A stretch of DNA of 64,000 nt from Antechinus flavipes (GCF_016432865.1 NC_067400.1:555024001-555088000), one strand, 5' to 3'. Shown: positions 1 to 12,200, counted from the stretch's first letter. Translations and numbers: made by a program. Notes: generated by a model from the sequence alone, not told the origin.

Positions 1-50
1 TGTGGCCCTGGGCAAGTCACTTTACCCCAATTGCCTCAGGAAAAAACAAA
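1..50 (+). mobile_element. 3' end of a WSINE1-like CORE-SINE
   Basis: TGTGGCCCTGGGCAAGTCACTTTACCCCAATTGCCTCAG followed by an A-rich tail; same 3' end as the complete copy at 33731-33874. Confidence 0.7.
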
Positions 51-2166
51 TTCAAATATACACTGATTTATAGACATTGATATGTGTGAACATAAGCACA
101 CAGTTATTCATCTGTAAATGTTATAATGCATATGCAGAAACTGGCCTGTTTTCATATGAATAGGTCACACTACAACTAGCTTTGTGGAAAGGGAAAGAAC
201 TACTATTCAGAGTTGTTAAGAATGATGAGATATGTTGACTAGGACTAACCTGGCTACCATAACAATTAGTTTCCCTTCTTTAGTCTCAACTTTCCCACCA
301 ATAAAATGGAGATTGTATTACTTATATTACTCTGGTAGCACTTATCTTTGTTCTGTGACCAGGAAATGGAAAGAGATCCTGCAACTCCTCTCACACAATG
401 CTGATTACAAATACAAGAAGGGAGACAAAGACCTCTCTGAGTTATCTAGGGGACAGAATCTATTCCATATTTAAGTGTATCTTGGGCAAAACTTACCTGG
501 ATAAAGTATTTCTATTACCAGTTTAATCCTAGTTATCTACCACATTTGCACTAAACATAAAGTAGAAAAAGTTGCCAGATGTCTGACCTTTGGACATACC
601 TAAAACATATCTTCTACAGTGACTGATATTCATCATAATATTATAATCAAAAGCAAGAAAACTATATATACAATGATTGCAACAATGTAAATTACTACCG
701 TGAAAGTTGAAAGTCTGTTAACAAACTACAAATAAAATAAGACTTGTAAATAAAATAAAGAAAAGATACAAATAGACATTTCACTCATTTCCTTTTTAGA
801 TATATAGACATGTTTTCATATTAGTTGGATATATTGACCCATTTTATTGATTAATGTTTCTCTCTTTGAAATATTCTTTAAGATATGGCTTAACATTCTG
901 GGATGAAAATGCATGAAAAAAATTAGACATTAAAAGCAAAGCATATCAATAAAATGTACTTCATTAGAAAAAAATATTTATCTTTATATCTTTTTAGGGT
1001 TTGATAATGTAATATCATATGGATCCACTTGGAAAATGTTGCCATGGGCAAAACTCCTTTCCACAGAAACCACACTCTCCTTTGCTAAAACCATTCATGT
1101 CATCCCCATCCTCCTTGTGTCTATATCCTACTTTTTCTCTACCTTCCTATTGTATAATAATAATACTGTTTTATTATTGACAAACTTCTTGTAATATCAA
1201 ATATATGCCTCTATACCAGTTATGTGGTACATATTTTATATTCATTTAATGTACACATGCTATGCTATCTCTCTACCATCTTAGAACTAAGCTTCTTGAG
1301 AGTAAAAACTCTTTTGCTTCATGGGCAATCATCTTTTTTTATTATATACTATGTGATCTAAATGCTTGTACGACTTCATAAATTAAAATAAAATAATTGT
1401 ATTTATAGCTTGCACAGGTCCTGGTGCTTAGTAGCTGCTCCATAAATTCTTATCAGTTGAATTATTTGACTCACAGGATTGCTGACAAAAATATCTCATT
1501 AACTGTCCATTGCTATAGGAACACACAGTTTACTGCTACTTCAGTGTAGCTACTCATTGCTCTATTCCTACTAATGACATTGTGATGAGACACAGTTGAA
1601 TGTAATCAACTTTTGTAATAGCTTTTGATCCATGAATTTTCATTTTCATTGTAGAGATGAGACATAGAGTCAAATGTATAAGATACATTGTCAAGTAGAA
1701 GCATGTGCAAAGAGCTGGGAGAAGACTAGATCACTTTTTGTGATGATAATTTAAAAAAACTATATGGAGGGAGTAGCATTTGAACTGATCCTAGATCCTA
1801 GAGGGAGGAATAAGAGTACACCTGGTACAGAAAGGAACCCAGACACTAAGACCAAATTGAGAAATGACACATTTATGGATTTATGTCATTAATTTGAACA
1901 CATTTAGAGTTTCTTATACACAAACTCAGAAATATCCAGATAGATTCATCCTAGGCACAAATAAGTAAATGAATGCATGAATGAAAAAGAAAAACATTTT
2001 AAATAATTATTTTCTTGTTCTATGTCAATTGCTGGGCTAAGCACTGAGAAAACAAATATAAGTAAATACACCTTACTATTCCACAGAAATGTACAAACTT
2101 TCATACTCACTATGACTATAAGGTCTCTCTCAGACTCTCCTCTACAATTCATGGACAACTACATAT

Positions 2167-2397
2167 TCTGTTCAGTCATGTCTGATTCTTCCTGATCCTA
2201 TTTAGGGTTTTCTTGGCAAAGGAACTGGAATGATTGGCCATTTTCTTTTCCAAGTAATTTTACAGATGAGGAACTGAGGCAAACAAGATTAAGTGACTTT
2301 TCTGGAGTCACACATCTAATAAGTATTTGAGGCCAGATTTGTGATGTTTTCTTACTTATGGTCTGGGACCTAATGCCACTGTGCTAGCCAGCTGCTT
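2167..2397 (-). mobile_element. MAR1-like CORE-SINE with 11-bp TSD
   Basis: Reverse complement of CORE plus GAAAATGGCCAATCATTCCAG...CAAGAAAACCC tail; TSD CAACTACATAT at 2156-2166 and 2398-2408. The same insertion is in module B (about 41350-41570). Confidence 0.8.
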
Positions 2398-3309
2398 CAA
2401 CTACATATGCTCCTATATAAATGTTCTCATACATACAGCTGTGTCCTTTATCACCAATACATAGATACAAATACTTGTATATGAATAAAATGAACTTGTC
2501 ATGCACGGAAAACAAACATATATTTTGTCTACCTCTGTCTCTCTCTTGTCTGTTTCCTCTTTTCTCTGTGTCATTCTTTCTCTCTCATTCACATTCAAAC
2601 ACAGGTATCCACATTCTTCTGCTTTTTCCACAAAGGGGCTATGTACTTCTATGCACAAATACTCTCCATGATCTCAACAGGAAACTCCCCACATAATTCC
2701 CTCTTGTTTTCACACTCTGTTTCTTTCCTTTAATTTCTTCTCTCAAGGCAAAAAGATCTCACCAATCTTTCCTTGTTATTTAGTTGCTCAGCAGTCAATC
2801 GATGGGAAAAGATGAATCTCTTGGAATTTATTTATATGTTATGTGTGTCTTTTTCAAGTTCTGCTCTTTCAATCTGTGGACAATTGAAAGCCAGCTATAT
2901 TTCTATTTTTCCATCTTCTATCTATTAATAGGAACTTAAGCTATATATAGACAACCTTCAGCAAAACAGTGATGATGCTCCTTCTTTTTTAATGTTAATA
3001 GACTGTCCCTTTCTTTGTTTTGTTTCTTCCTTTTGGTGATATCCATCCACCTCAGGACTCTCTGTTTATAACTTCTGGATATGCTTTATGTTAGTGAAAT
3101 GAATTGTAATATTAAGTGTCATAGAAATCCCTCACACTGATGTTTAATTTTTCTCTAATTTCTGACTATGGAATGAATGGCCACATCCCCTTGAAAGCAT
3201 ACTCAGGATTTGGCCAGGAAACGTGGAGTTCAGGACTGAGACCTGCAAAGGAACTTTGCATCACCTCTGGAATTCTATTGAGCACCTATTGATTCTACCT
3301 GTTTTTAAG

Positions 3310-3535
3310 TTTTATGTTTTCTCTGACTCTTTGTGATCTTATTTGGGGTTTTCTAGGTAAAGATGACAGAGTAATTTGCCATTTCCTTCTCCAAGTTTTT
3401 TTTACAGATGACAAACAGGGTTAATTCATTTGTGCAGTGTCACACAGCTGTTTTAAGTGTGTGATGCCGTGTTTGAAATCAGGTAGAGGAGTGTTTCTGA
3501 CTCCATGCACAACATCTATTGCACCCCCTAATTGC
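3310..3535 (-). mobile_element. MAR1-like CORE-SINE
   Basis: GTTTTCTAGGTAAAGATGACAGAGTAATTTGCCATTTCCTTCTCC...GTGTCACACAGCTG; the paralogous copy is at about 40210-40440. Confidence 0.7.
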
Positions 3536-6057
3536 CTTCTGATTCTATCTATGAATGTAATCTAGGCATTAATGAATGTAAATCTAGGCATGGCTAGGAG
3601 TTATTAAACTTCATACAAATTCAGTTATGTGCAATGACCCATCCCATCCCTCTTTAAAGAAATCAAAATAGATGCCTACGTTGATACTAAAAATGAATGA
3701 ATAAGTAGGGTCTGCATATGGTGCTCTCTGAGTGTGATTTTGCTTCATAGCTTGATGGATCTGCAAGCAGAAATCCTTGAAGTTAGACTTAAAAGCTAGT
3801 CTGCCTAGCTCTGTGAATCAACTCCTTGGAAAAAGTCTAGTTCAACACATTCTAGTTGTGATTCTGTTTCTGAATCATTAGCTTAGCAGGACAAATTGTT
3901 GGAAAGAACTCTAAACACAGAATAAGAAGATATGACTTTGAATCCTGCCTCTGACTTAAGTTATCTATGAGATCTTGCCTAAGTCCTTGCCATTTCTCTC
4001 TGACACTTTTCTGTAAAATGAAGAAGATACTTCATTCACTTAATTAACCAAAACACCATAAAGATGATGCTGTCAACCTTGGGGTTCTAAAGAAGTTAGA
4101 TGTTCCACTCTAATCTCTACATTTTATTCTTTATCTTGTTTTCTGAGAAATCATGGCATTCTGGATCTGGCTGTTCCAGGGATGTGTCTCAATATTCTGT
4201 CTATGTGATTTCCACTTTCCTTAGATTTACTTTCTGTCTTCTCTTTGTCTCTCTCTCTCTGTTTCTATGTCTTACAGACATACATACATATTCACACAGA
4301 TGCATGCACACACATCCATGTACATACTCACACAATCCTTAAGTATTTTCCTGGCAAATTATAGGAGGCAGTAATCTTTGGGGAAAAGACTGATTGTGGG
4401 TGAATGGGTTAAAGAAGCCTGGAGAGAAATAACTGTTTCATTAGCTTCTATCTGTTCTCATCAAGGTTTCAATCCTTGTTCCCTCTTTAATTTAATTCAG
4501 TCTTATCTGTTTGTAAGCATTTCATTGTTATTAAGCCTGAACTGGCTAGACCTAAGCTCATCAGACTTTAAGCAGGATAGTAAAATGTACCCTTGAGAAC
4601 ACTTTTGTTCCCAAACTAACAGGCTGTTTAATAGTTGGTTAATAGGAGCCATTATCCCCATCAAATGCAATTTTTTATAACCACTATTTGACTGAATGGT
4701 CAGCCTTTTATTTTTAAAGTAGTTTGAATTGAGTTTATCGACCTAGATAAGAGTACAGTTTTGTACTTTTATTTTTTGTTCTATTTCTTAAGATACTGAG
4801 AGGAAGAGAATAGTAAAAGCCATCTGTATGTCAGTTAGATTGTTCATTATCTTGTAGTTATCCAGTGATCAAAGAAGAAATTTCTGCTCACTACATCCAA
4901 TTACTTTCATGCCTAATTCTCACTGTATTATCATGGGATGAAATCTGTTTTTTTTTTTTTTTTTAAACAATATGTTCTAAATAGTCAATTCCTGCTCCCT
5001 TGCCCCCAGGAGTTCCACTTTGCTTAAAGGAAGATTAATGCTTACTTTTACCCCTATTATAATTTTTTTTTGTTCTTGATTTCTAGTTCCTTCTTCCTTC
5101 TTCTTCTGAGTTCATTCCCTGTTGCCTATAGTATTTGTATGTATTTTTGTGACTGAAAATGAAAATAAAAACATCATGATGTATATTCTTACCAACCTCA
5201 ATTTCCTATTCCCGAAGTACCTCATCTCTTTGATGCTTTCTCCACTGAATTTGTTTCACACTCCTAGGTGATTATTTAGCATCCCCTTTCCATATCACAT
5301 GTAATTCATTCATTAGTTTTTATTGTGCTCTTTTTTGTTATTCTTACCTGCCTTTCTTTTCCTGATACAAATTCTACCTCTTCCTTCACCAAGGTGATGA
5401 TTCTGAGCTCTTATGTTAGCATTTTAAATCCCAAGGGGCACCCTAAGTGTCTAGAAGGCCCTGATAATTCCCTAGCTCCCAATCAAACAAAATCGGCTAT
5501 TCTTTACAGAAATTTCTCCTTCTAGCATATATGGGAGAGGTGGAGATGGGAAGACAGATTCATATACCTACCAAATCATTAATGGAATTTCATATGCTTC
5601 AAAATAATTTCAAAGCCCTGATTTCCTCAGAATAGTCATTCTCTCTACTAACACTAGTTATATCTTTTTCATATTTTTTGTGAGATTCTCAACCAGGTCT
5701 ACCCATACTAAAAGTAAACTCAAACCAGACAGACAAAAAGCCAATGAGTGCCTTGCTACACTAGCCTCTAAAACCAATTGCTTAAATTAAATTTGAGGGA
5801 TGTGTGGAGGGAATTATTCAGATAAAAGGAAGAGCTTGAGAATGTCAGATACTATGACATATCAGACAGATTGTTTTCTTTACTGAATAAAATCTGGATA
5901 TTTCTGTTTCTAAGTCTCCTTTGAAGTCCTCAGGTCAGAGATGCCAATTCTTGTTTTGATCAAAGTCTATCTAGGCTGTTTTAACCCTTAAATGGATAAT
6001 CTAAATGCAGGCTATGACCAGACGACAGGTAATGTCTCAGAAGCTTTACTGACTTTA

Positions 6058-6270
6058 CACCAGCACTCCAAATTCCATGATAATAAATGTATATATAAAG
6101 AATATCTGAGTGTTACAAATGTCAAAATGAATTTCCAGAGCATGGAATCAGAAAATTCTGAGCATAGAGGACAGGGCTGACATGGAGAGACCCATATCAG
6201 TCAGGGCCTAAATAGAGAGGAAGTAGTACATGGTCTCATGGATGTTGCCATCCATCTTAATAATTGCAGT
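6058..6270 (-). pseudogene. Internal OR51-family fragment (end of TM1 to TM3), copy A
   Basis: Minus strand reads TAIIKMDGNIHETMYYFLSI*ALTDMGLSMSALSSMLRIF*FHALEIHFDICNTQIFFIYTFIIMEFGVLV; HEPMYYFL-like and ESGVLV-like motifs; TAG stop at 6208-6210. Confidence 0.85.
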
Positions 6271-7139
6271 GAGGGGATATCTTAGGAACTTTACAGAAGG
6301 GAGAGCAAGCTGGAGTTTGTTCCTAGATCCTTTAAGCTATCTTGCTGCTAAACCATTAAGGATGTATACACAATTCTGAATAGAAATGTCTTGAGAGGGG
6401 TAACACAGAAAGAAATCATGAAGTTACTGGAGGACAGAGTTCTTAAAATCTAATGTTTTAATATCCATGAGAAATAGGATAATGATAGTGAATATCTGTA
6501 GAAAGACAGTTCAGTCTATTGATATCTCTCATAGGTCCAAGCAAATATGAATTGTCTTTTAGGGCAACTGGGATTAAAAAAGAAGACACTACAGAGGCCA
6601 ACCCAATGGTAAAGCCTAGGGGGTACAAGGTGAAACAAAGCATGAGGCATTGGTATGATAGATATTCTGAATATTACAATAGTATTAATCAATTATGTAC
6701 AAGTTTCCAGTCCCTTGCACCAGACTTACCATGATTTTAGAATACTTATAATGCTGATAGACTACACAAGAGTCCTTTGAACACCTCAGCTCAATATTTC
6801 CATTTTCTGCCTATGAATTTCAGCTGCATTTTAAGGGTATGCTGGGGACTTTTCTAATTGACTCTCAAGAAAATTTGGCTCAGATCCAAAAGCATTTTAT
6901 ATATTATCTAGTTAAATCTTTTTATTTTATAGAGCAGGGGATATAAGGCCTAAGTGACTTGCCTAAATTTATGTAAGGTATAAGAAGGCATATATATATG
7001 AAAAGCCAGTAAGAAGTAAAATACAGGTTTTTTGACTTCAAACTAAGGAAACATTTCCTATATCAGTAATAATTCACATTGCAGTTTATTAATGGAACAG
7101 GGAATGTAGAAGATAGTTATGATGTTCATATCCAACTTT

Positions 7140-7370
7140 ATATGCACAGGTGTGTGTGTATATACATGTTGTTTATGTAGATATTTGTGTATATCCACAT
7201 ATATTATACATCATACTCATGGATGTATATACATTTGCATATATATATATATATATATATAAATTCATATATACACACACAGGATATGTGTGTCTGTATA
7301 CATGTATATATGTGTTTGTATATATCTACTTATATACACATATATCACATACATACACACATATCATCCA
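7140..7370. repeat. Degenerate (TA)n/(TG)n/(CA)n microsatellite block
   Basis: Direct inspection; it generates the spurious ORFs 7150-7446 and 7187-7474. Confidence 0.85.
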
Positions 7371-7859
7371 GTATAAAAATCAGCTCATTGGAGCATTTCA
7401 GTATGGTATATATCTTTATACTTTATGTGGAGTCAGAATATTTTAATGTAAATCCTAGTTATTCCATTTACTAAAAGTGATATTTGACAATTACTTTATT
7501 TCTCTGTTCCTCATTTGTTCATTTGTAAAAACAGAAAAATAATCTTTGTTCTGCCTACTTCATAGTATTATTCAGGTTCTTCAAATGCAGAACAAATTCC
7601 TTTCAAAGATATTCTTGCCAGGATTTATGCTTTATTCAATAGTAGACCTAGATAATAATCCTTTCCACTGTAGGAATCTACAAATCTATGAAAATCACAT
7701 GGAACCATGTATATGTAAGATCTTTATAATCATAAAATGATACATAAATTCAGTAATATTGGGATAAATTCTGATAGCAATCTCTTTATTCATTCCCCTT
7801 TAATTGTCCAAATCAATCAGTAGTTTCAGTATTATTTACTTGATACAAATAAGAACCAA

Positions 7860-8110
7860 TAGATGGCCCAGTAAATAGAGTACTCAGCCAGGAGTCAGAA
7901 AGACTTGAATTTAAAATATGGTTTCAGATCCAGCTATGTGACTCTGGACAAGGCACTTCTGTTTTTTTTTTTTTTTTTATTTTCCTCAAATGCAAATTGG
8001 ATATTATGATAGCACTTACCTTCCAAGGATACTGTAAGGATTATTTAAAATAATATTTCTAAAGCTCTTAGCCCAATGCCTAGCATACAGCGGGTATGAT
8101 ACAAAGGTTT
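7860..8110 (+). mobile_element. MIR-like CORE-SINE with internal poly-T
   Basis: GGAGTCAGAAAGACTTGAATTTAAAA...TGTGACTCTGGACAAG...TTTCCTCAAATGCAAA...GCACTTACCTTCC CORE pattern. Confidence 0.65.
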
Positions 8111-8183
8111 ATTGCTTTTTCTACCCTAACCCCTCGTCTACCCTACTCAGTATTATCATTCACCTTCCCAGTCCAAGCATCCA

Positions 8184-9134
8184 CTAAATTGTGCTCTTTC
8201 TTCTAAAGAATACTTGGACTATCCTCTTACGAATCTGCTTAGTCTTTATACTGTAGATGATGGGGTTAAGCACAGGTGGGAGTAACAGGTACACATTAGC
8301 CATCAGTGTGTGTACAATGGGTGACAGGTGCTTTCCAAAGCGGTGGATCATAGTGACACCAATAAGGGGTACGTAGAAGAGTAGCACAGCACAGATGTGA
8401 GAGAGACAGGTATTGAAGGCCTTGAGCCTCTCAGCCCATGAGGCAATCCCCAGCACAGTCTTCAAGATGAGTACATAAGAGAAAAGAATAATAAGGGCAT
8501 CCAATCCCAGAGTAAAAATAACAATGATAAGGCCATAAAGAATATTGACACGTGTGCTAGCACAGGCAAGTCGCATGGCATCCTGGTGAAGACAATAAGA
8601 GTGGGAGAGGACATTAGAGCGGCAGAAAGGCAATCTCTTGATAAGAAAGGGTACAGGAAGGACTACACAGACAGCACGGGCAAGGACCACTATTCCAATC
8701 TTGCCAATGACCCCAGAGGTGAGAATGGAAGCATAACGCAATGGATCCCGAATGGCTACAAAGCGATCAAAAGCCATGGACACCAACACTCCAGATTCTA
8801 CCACTCCAAACCCATGGATAAAGAACATCTGAGTGATGCAGGCATCAAAGGGGATTTCAGGGGAATTGAACCAGAAAATGCTGAGCATAGAGGGCAAGGT
8901 GGACATGGATAGACCCACATCAGTCAGTGCCAAAATGGAGAGGAAATAATACATGGGCTCATGGAGGCTACTATCCAGCTTGATAATGGATAAGATGGTT
9001 CCATTGCCAAGAAGAGTGAGAGTGTAAAGGAGCCCCAATGGGAATGCCATCCAGGGGTTTTTCTCTGGCATTCCTGGTATTCCTGTCAGCAAAAAACTAT
9101 GATGATGGATGTGAGAGGCATTCCAGGTATGCAT
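8184..9134 (-). CDS. OR51H1: Class I olfactory receptor, OR51H1-like (316 aa, intact)
   Basis: Motifs LTGIPG, LHEPMYYFL, MAFDRFVAIRDPLRY, SHSYCLHQD, KAFNTCLSH, HRFGKH and PPVLNPIIYSIKTKQIR. The N-terminal segment KNPWMAFPLGLLYTLTLLGNGTIL closely matches human OR51H1 as recalled. Acceptor TTTCATTTCAG (AG at 9176-9177) lies 41 nt upstream of the ATG. Orthology is one-to-many. Confidence 0.95.
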   Translation of the reverse strand: MHTWNASHIHHHSFLLTGIPGMPEKNPWMAFPLGLLYTLTLLGNGTILSIIKLDSSLHEPMYYFLSILALTDVGLSMSTLPSMLSIFWFNSPEIPFDACITQMFFIHGFGVVESGVLVSMAFDRFVAIRDPLRYASILTSGVIGKIGIVVLARAVCVVLPVPFLIKRLPFCRSNVLSHSYCLHQDAMRLACASTRVNILYGLIIVIFTLGLDALIILFSYVLILKTVLGIASWAERLKAFNTCLSHICAVLLFYVPLIGVTMIHRFGKHLSPIVHTLMANVYLLLPPVLNPIIYSIKTKQIRKRIVQVFFRRKSTI

Positions 9135-9776
9135 GGTATCAACAGCAGGGGATTTCTTTGCTTAGGAGACAGCTCCTGAAATGAAAAAAACATTCTCTTA
9201 TGGGATAGGTAGAAAGCTACAGTTAAGTCAGGGCAGAGGGGGAAGAGAGACAAGTTTTTTTTTTTTTTTTTTTTTTTTTAACCCTGATTTTACCTCTCAT
9301 TTCCTTGGGGATCTCAAATATGGTAACTAATTTTTTTTTTTTGGTTTTGGTTTGTTTGTCTGCAAAAATAAGAATACAAATAGAAAAGAGTAACCTTAAG
9401 AGTTAAATAATACCAGAATCCAGACATACAGTAAGTTGGAAGTATGTAATACTGAGGATATACTAACTCAAAACATCCTTCCCCTTTAAAAACACTCCCT
9501 AAAAACATACATATATTTTATACTCTTGAAAATTTCCTAAGCACTTAAACCCATATTATTATATAAACATATTCTATACATATATTAATATGGTTATTAA
9601 TTCAAATAATTCAATATATGTTCAATTCCAAGCATTTGCTATGTGTGAACATAAATACACAGTGATTCCTCTATAAATGTCATTACTAATTTATGGAAAC
9701 TGTCCAGTTTTCATATGGATAAGTCACACTACCATTACTGCAGAAATGTAAAGAACTATTCAGAGGTATCAAGAAT

Positions 9777-10255
9777 TGTAGAGAGCCAGAACTCTGGGGA
9801 AGTATATTTGAAACAAGGTGTTAACTCAATGAAATTGATGAGATGATTGTTCTCTAGTTCATATATATTCTTAGTACTTAGTATGGTGTTGTAATGGTTC
9901 TCTAAGTTCACATATTATCAGTATGTTGTAATCATGTGATTACAATAAGCTCTATTAGAGTTAACATGGATTGGAAGAGATATATTCTATCTTGGACTAT
10001 CCCCATGGTGGTTCTCCTGCCTCCTGCACTACTGGGGAGACTGGCAGACTGGCAGACTACTGGAAGTAACTGAAGATAGTCAGTCAGACTGAGTCAGACT
10101 ACTGTAAGAGAAGATGGAGCAGACTGGTTCAGACTGGGAGACTGAAGGAGACAATAAAGACTTTGAACTTTATTTCTGACTATTCTCCTGTTGATTATTT
10201 TGCTGAGACCAAGGCTGATCCCAAGATCCTTCAGAAAGCTTGTCTGGACATTACA
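9777..10255 (+). mobile_element. ERV solo LTR with 6-bp TSD
   Basis: TGTAGAGAGCC...GACATTACA; TSD AAGAAT at 9771-9776 and 10256-10261; AATAAA near 10153. The empty site AAGAATGATGAG is visible in module A (about 218-230). Confidence 0.92.
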
Positions 10256-11954
10256 AAGAATGATGAGATATATTGACTCTGACTAACTTTGCTACCATGA
10301 CAATTAACTTCTCTTCTTTGACCTTGACTATCAATAAAATGGGAGTAGTATTATTTATACTACTTCAGGACTCTGCTAATCCCTGTCTTCATTATCTGAC
10401 CAAGAACTGGACATGTGTACTGGTATCTCCCTCATACCATTTTGATCACCAGTCCAAGAAGGGAAGGAATGAGTCTCCTGAGTAACTTAAGGGAGAGAAT
10501 CTACTCAGTATTTAGGTAAATTTATCTGGGTGAAGGTGAGTTCTCAGATAAGCCTGTCTTCTACAGTTTGAACCCAGTAATCAATCATATCAATTTTGAA
10601 TATAAAGCAGGATGAGGTACTGGAAATCTGACCTTTTGATGTATCCTATCTATCTTTTTTACAGTGATTGATATTCAAATCAATATTATCTTTGTTATTA
10701 TCTTTGCTAGTAATCAGGAGCAAAAAAAATACACAATGATCACAACAATGCAAATAATGGAAAACTGAAATTTTCTGTTGCAAGATTACAAAGAATAAAC
10801 CAAGAGCTAAAGAAAAGCTATGAAGCTTTGCATACATTTCCATGATGTTTTGATCTATTTTATTTATTGTTTTCATAATTTTTTTCTTAAAATATTCTTT
10901 GATACATGGAATAGCCTGAGGAAAATTTGGGCAAATTAAAAACACATGCTAATAAAACTTATTTTATTAGAAAAGTAATTATTTTGATTTTTTAAAGAGC
11001 TTAACTATTTGATAGTATATGACTCTATTCAAAAACTGTTGTCATGGTCAAAACTCCCTTCCATGAAAACCACTTTTTAGTTGCTTAAAACCATTTGTGC
11101 CATCTCCATTTTTCTAGTGTCCATGCCCCACTTTTCTCTCCTCTTCTATTTTAGAATATTTGTTCTATTATTAAGAAATTTCCTATAATTTTAAATACAT
11201 GCCACCTCATGCCAATTATTTTGTACATACTTTACATTAATTTATGTGAACACATGCTACTCTAGCTCTCCAACATCTTAGAACTAAACTTCCTGAAGGT
11301 AAGGACTCTTTTACTTTGTATTCATACTACCTACCATAAGTTCTAATTCTTCGTAGTTGCTCCATACATTCTTTTCAGATTGATTACTTGATTCACAGAA
11401 TTGCTGAGAGAAAAAATATCTCATAAAATGTCAATTGCTATAGGAATGCGAATCACTGTTACTTAATGCAACCTCCCTGTCCCCTATTCCTATTAATGGC
11501 TTTGTGATGAGACACAGTTGAATATGATAATGGCTTTTCATTCTCATTATAGAGATGAGATATAGATTCAAACTTATTATGTGTCATTTGTAAGCAGTGG
11601 TGAAATAAATACAAGTAAATGCACATTGCTCTTTCATAGAAACATGCAAATGTTCATATAGATATATAGTTATGTCTATAAGGACAGTTTCAGACACTCA
11701 TCTACATTTCATGCTCAAACAAATAAACTTATTCTGCATTTTTTATCAGGAATATATACTAGTACCTGAATGAAATTGTCATATGCAGAAAAGTATGTTC
11801 TTTGTCTTCCTCCCTCTCATGTTCCCTCTCTTCCTCTATCTTGTCTGTCCTTCTATTTGCTCCTTTTGTCCTTTTCTGTGTATGTCTATCTCTGCCTTTC
11901 CCCCATCTTTGTATCTCCCTGTTTCTGTCTCTCATTCATCCTCACTTATGTTTG

Positions 11955-12200
11955 TTGTTATCCTTCAGTTATGCTGACTCTTCACAATCCTATTTGGAGT
12001 TTTCTTCACAAAAATACTGGAACAGTTTGCTATATCCTTTTTAAGTTCATTCTATAGATGAGGAAGTTGAGATAAACAGGATTAAGTGACTTGTCCAGGG
12101 TTACAAAGTTATTAAGTGTCTTAGGTCAGATTTGAACTCAGGGAGTTGAGTTTTCCTTACTTCAGAACTAGTGCTCTATCCACTATTTCACCAGGGTGCC
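11955..12200 (-). mobile_element. MAR1-like CORE-SINE specific to module C
   Basis: TTCAGTTATGCTGACTC...GGAGTTTTCTT...GATGAGGAAGTTGAG...AGATTTGAACTCAGG pattern. Confidence 0.7.

Larger units (their letters stand above)
55..6900. repeat. Segmental duplication module A (OR51H1 upstream region), inverted paralog of module B and direct paralog of module C
   Basis: Collinear reverse-complement match to about 36800-44460; the spurious ORF 1946-2158 recurs at 41577-41810 and 5325-5525 at 38099-38365. A more diverged direct match runs from 55-5680 to 9640-14820. Confidence 0.93.

Noticed and set aside
1946-2158. Short ORFs that recur elsewhere in the window (1946-2158/41577-41810, 4100-4342/39325-39642, 5325-5525/38099-38365, 2413-2658/41154-41441)
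   Set aside because: They recur because of the segmental duplication, overlap L2 remnants or simple repeats, and their ends are not preserved between copies.
8586-8912. Antisense ORFs inside OR genes (8586-8912, 47118-47345, 56875-57153, 26098-26280)
   Set aside because: These are by-products of hydrophobic OR codon usage on the opposite strand. They recur only because the OR CDS is duplicated and have no independent coding signal.
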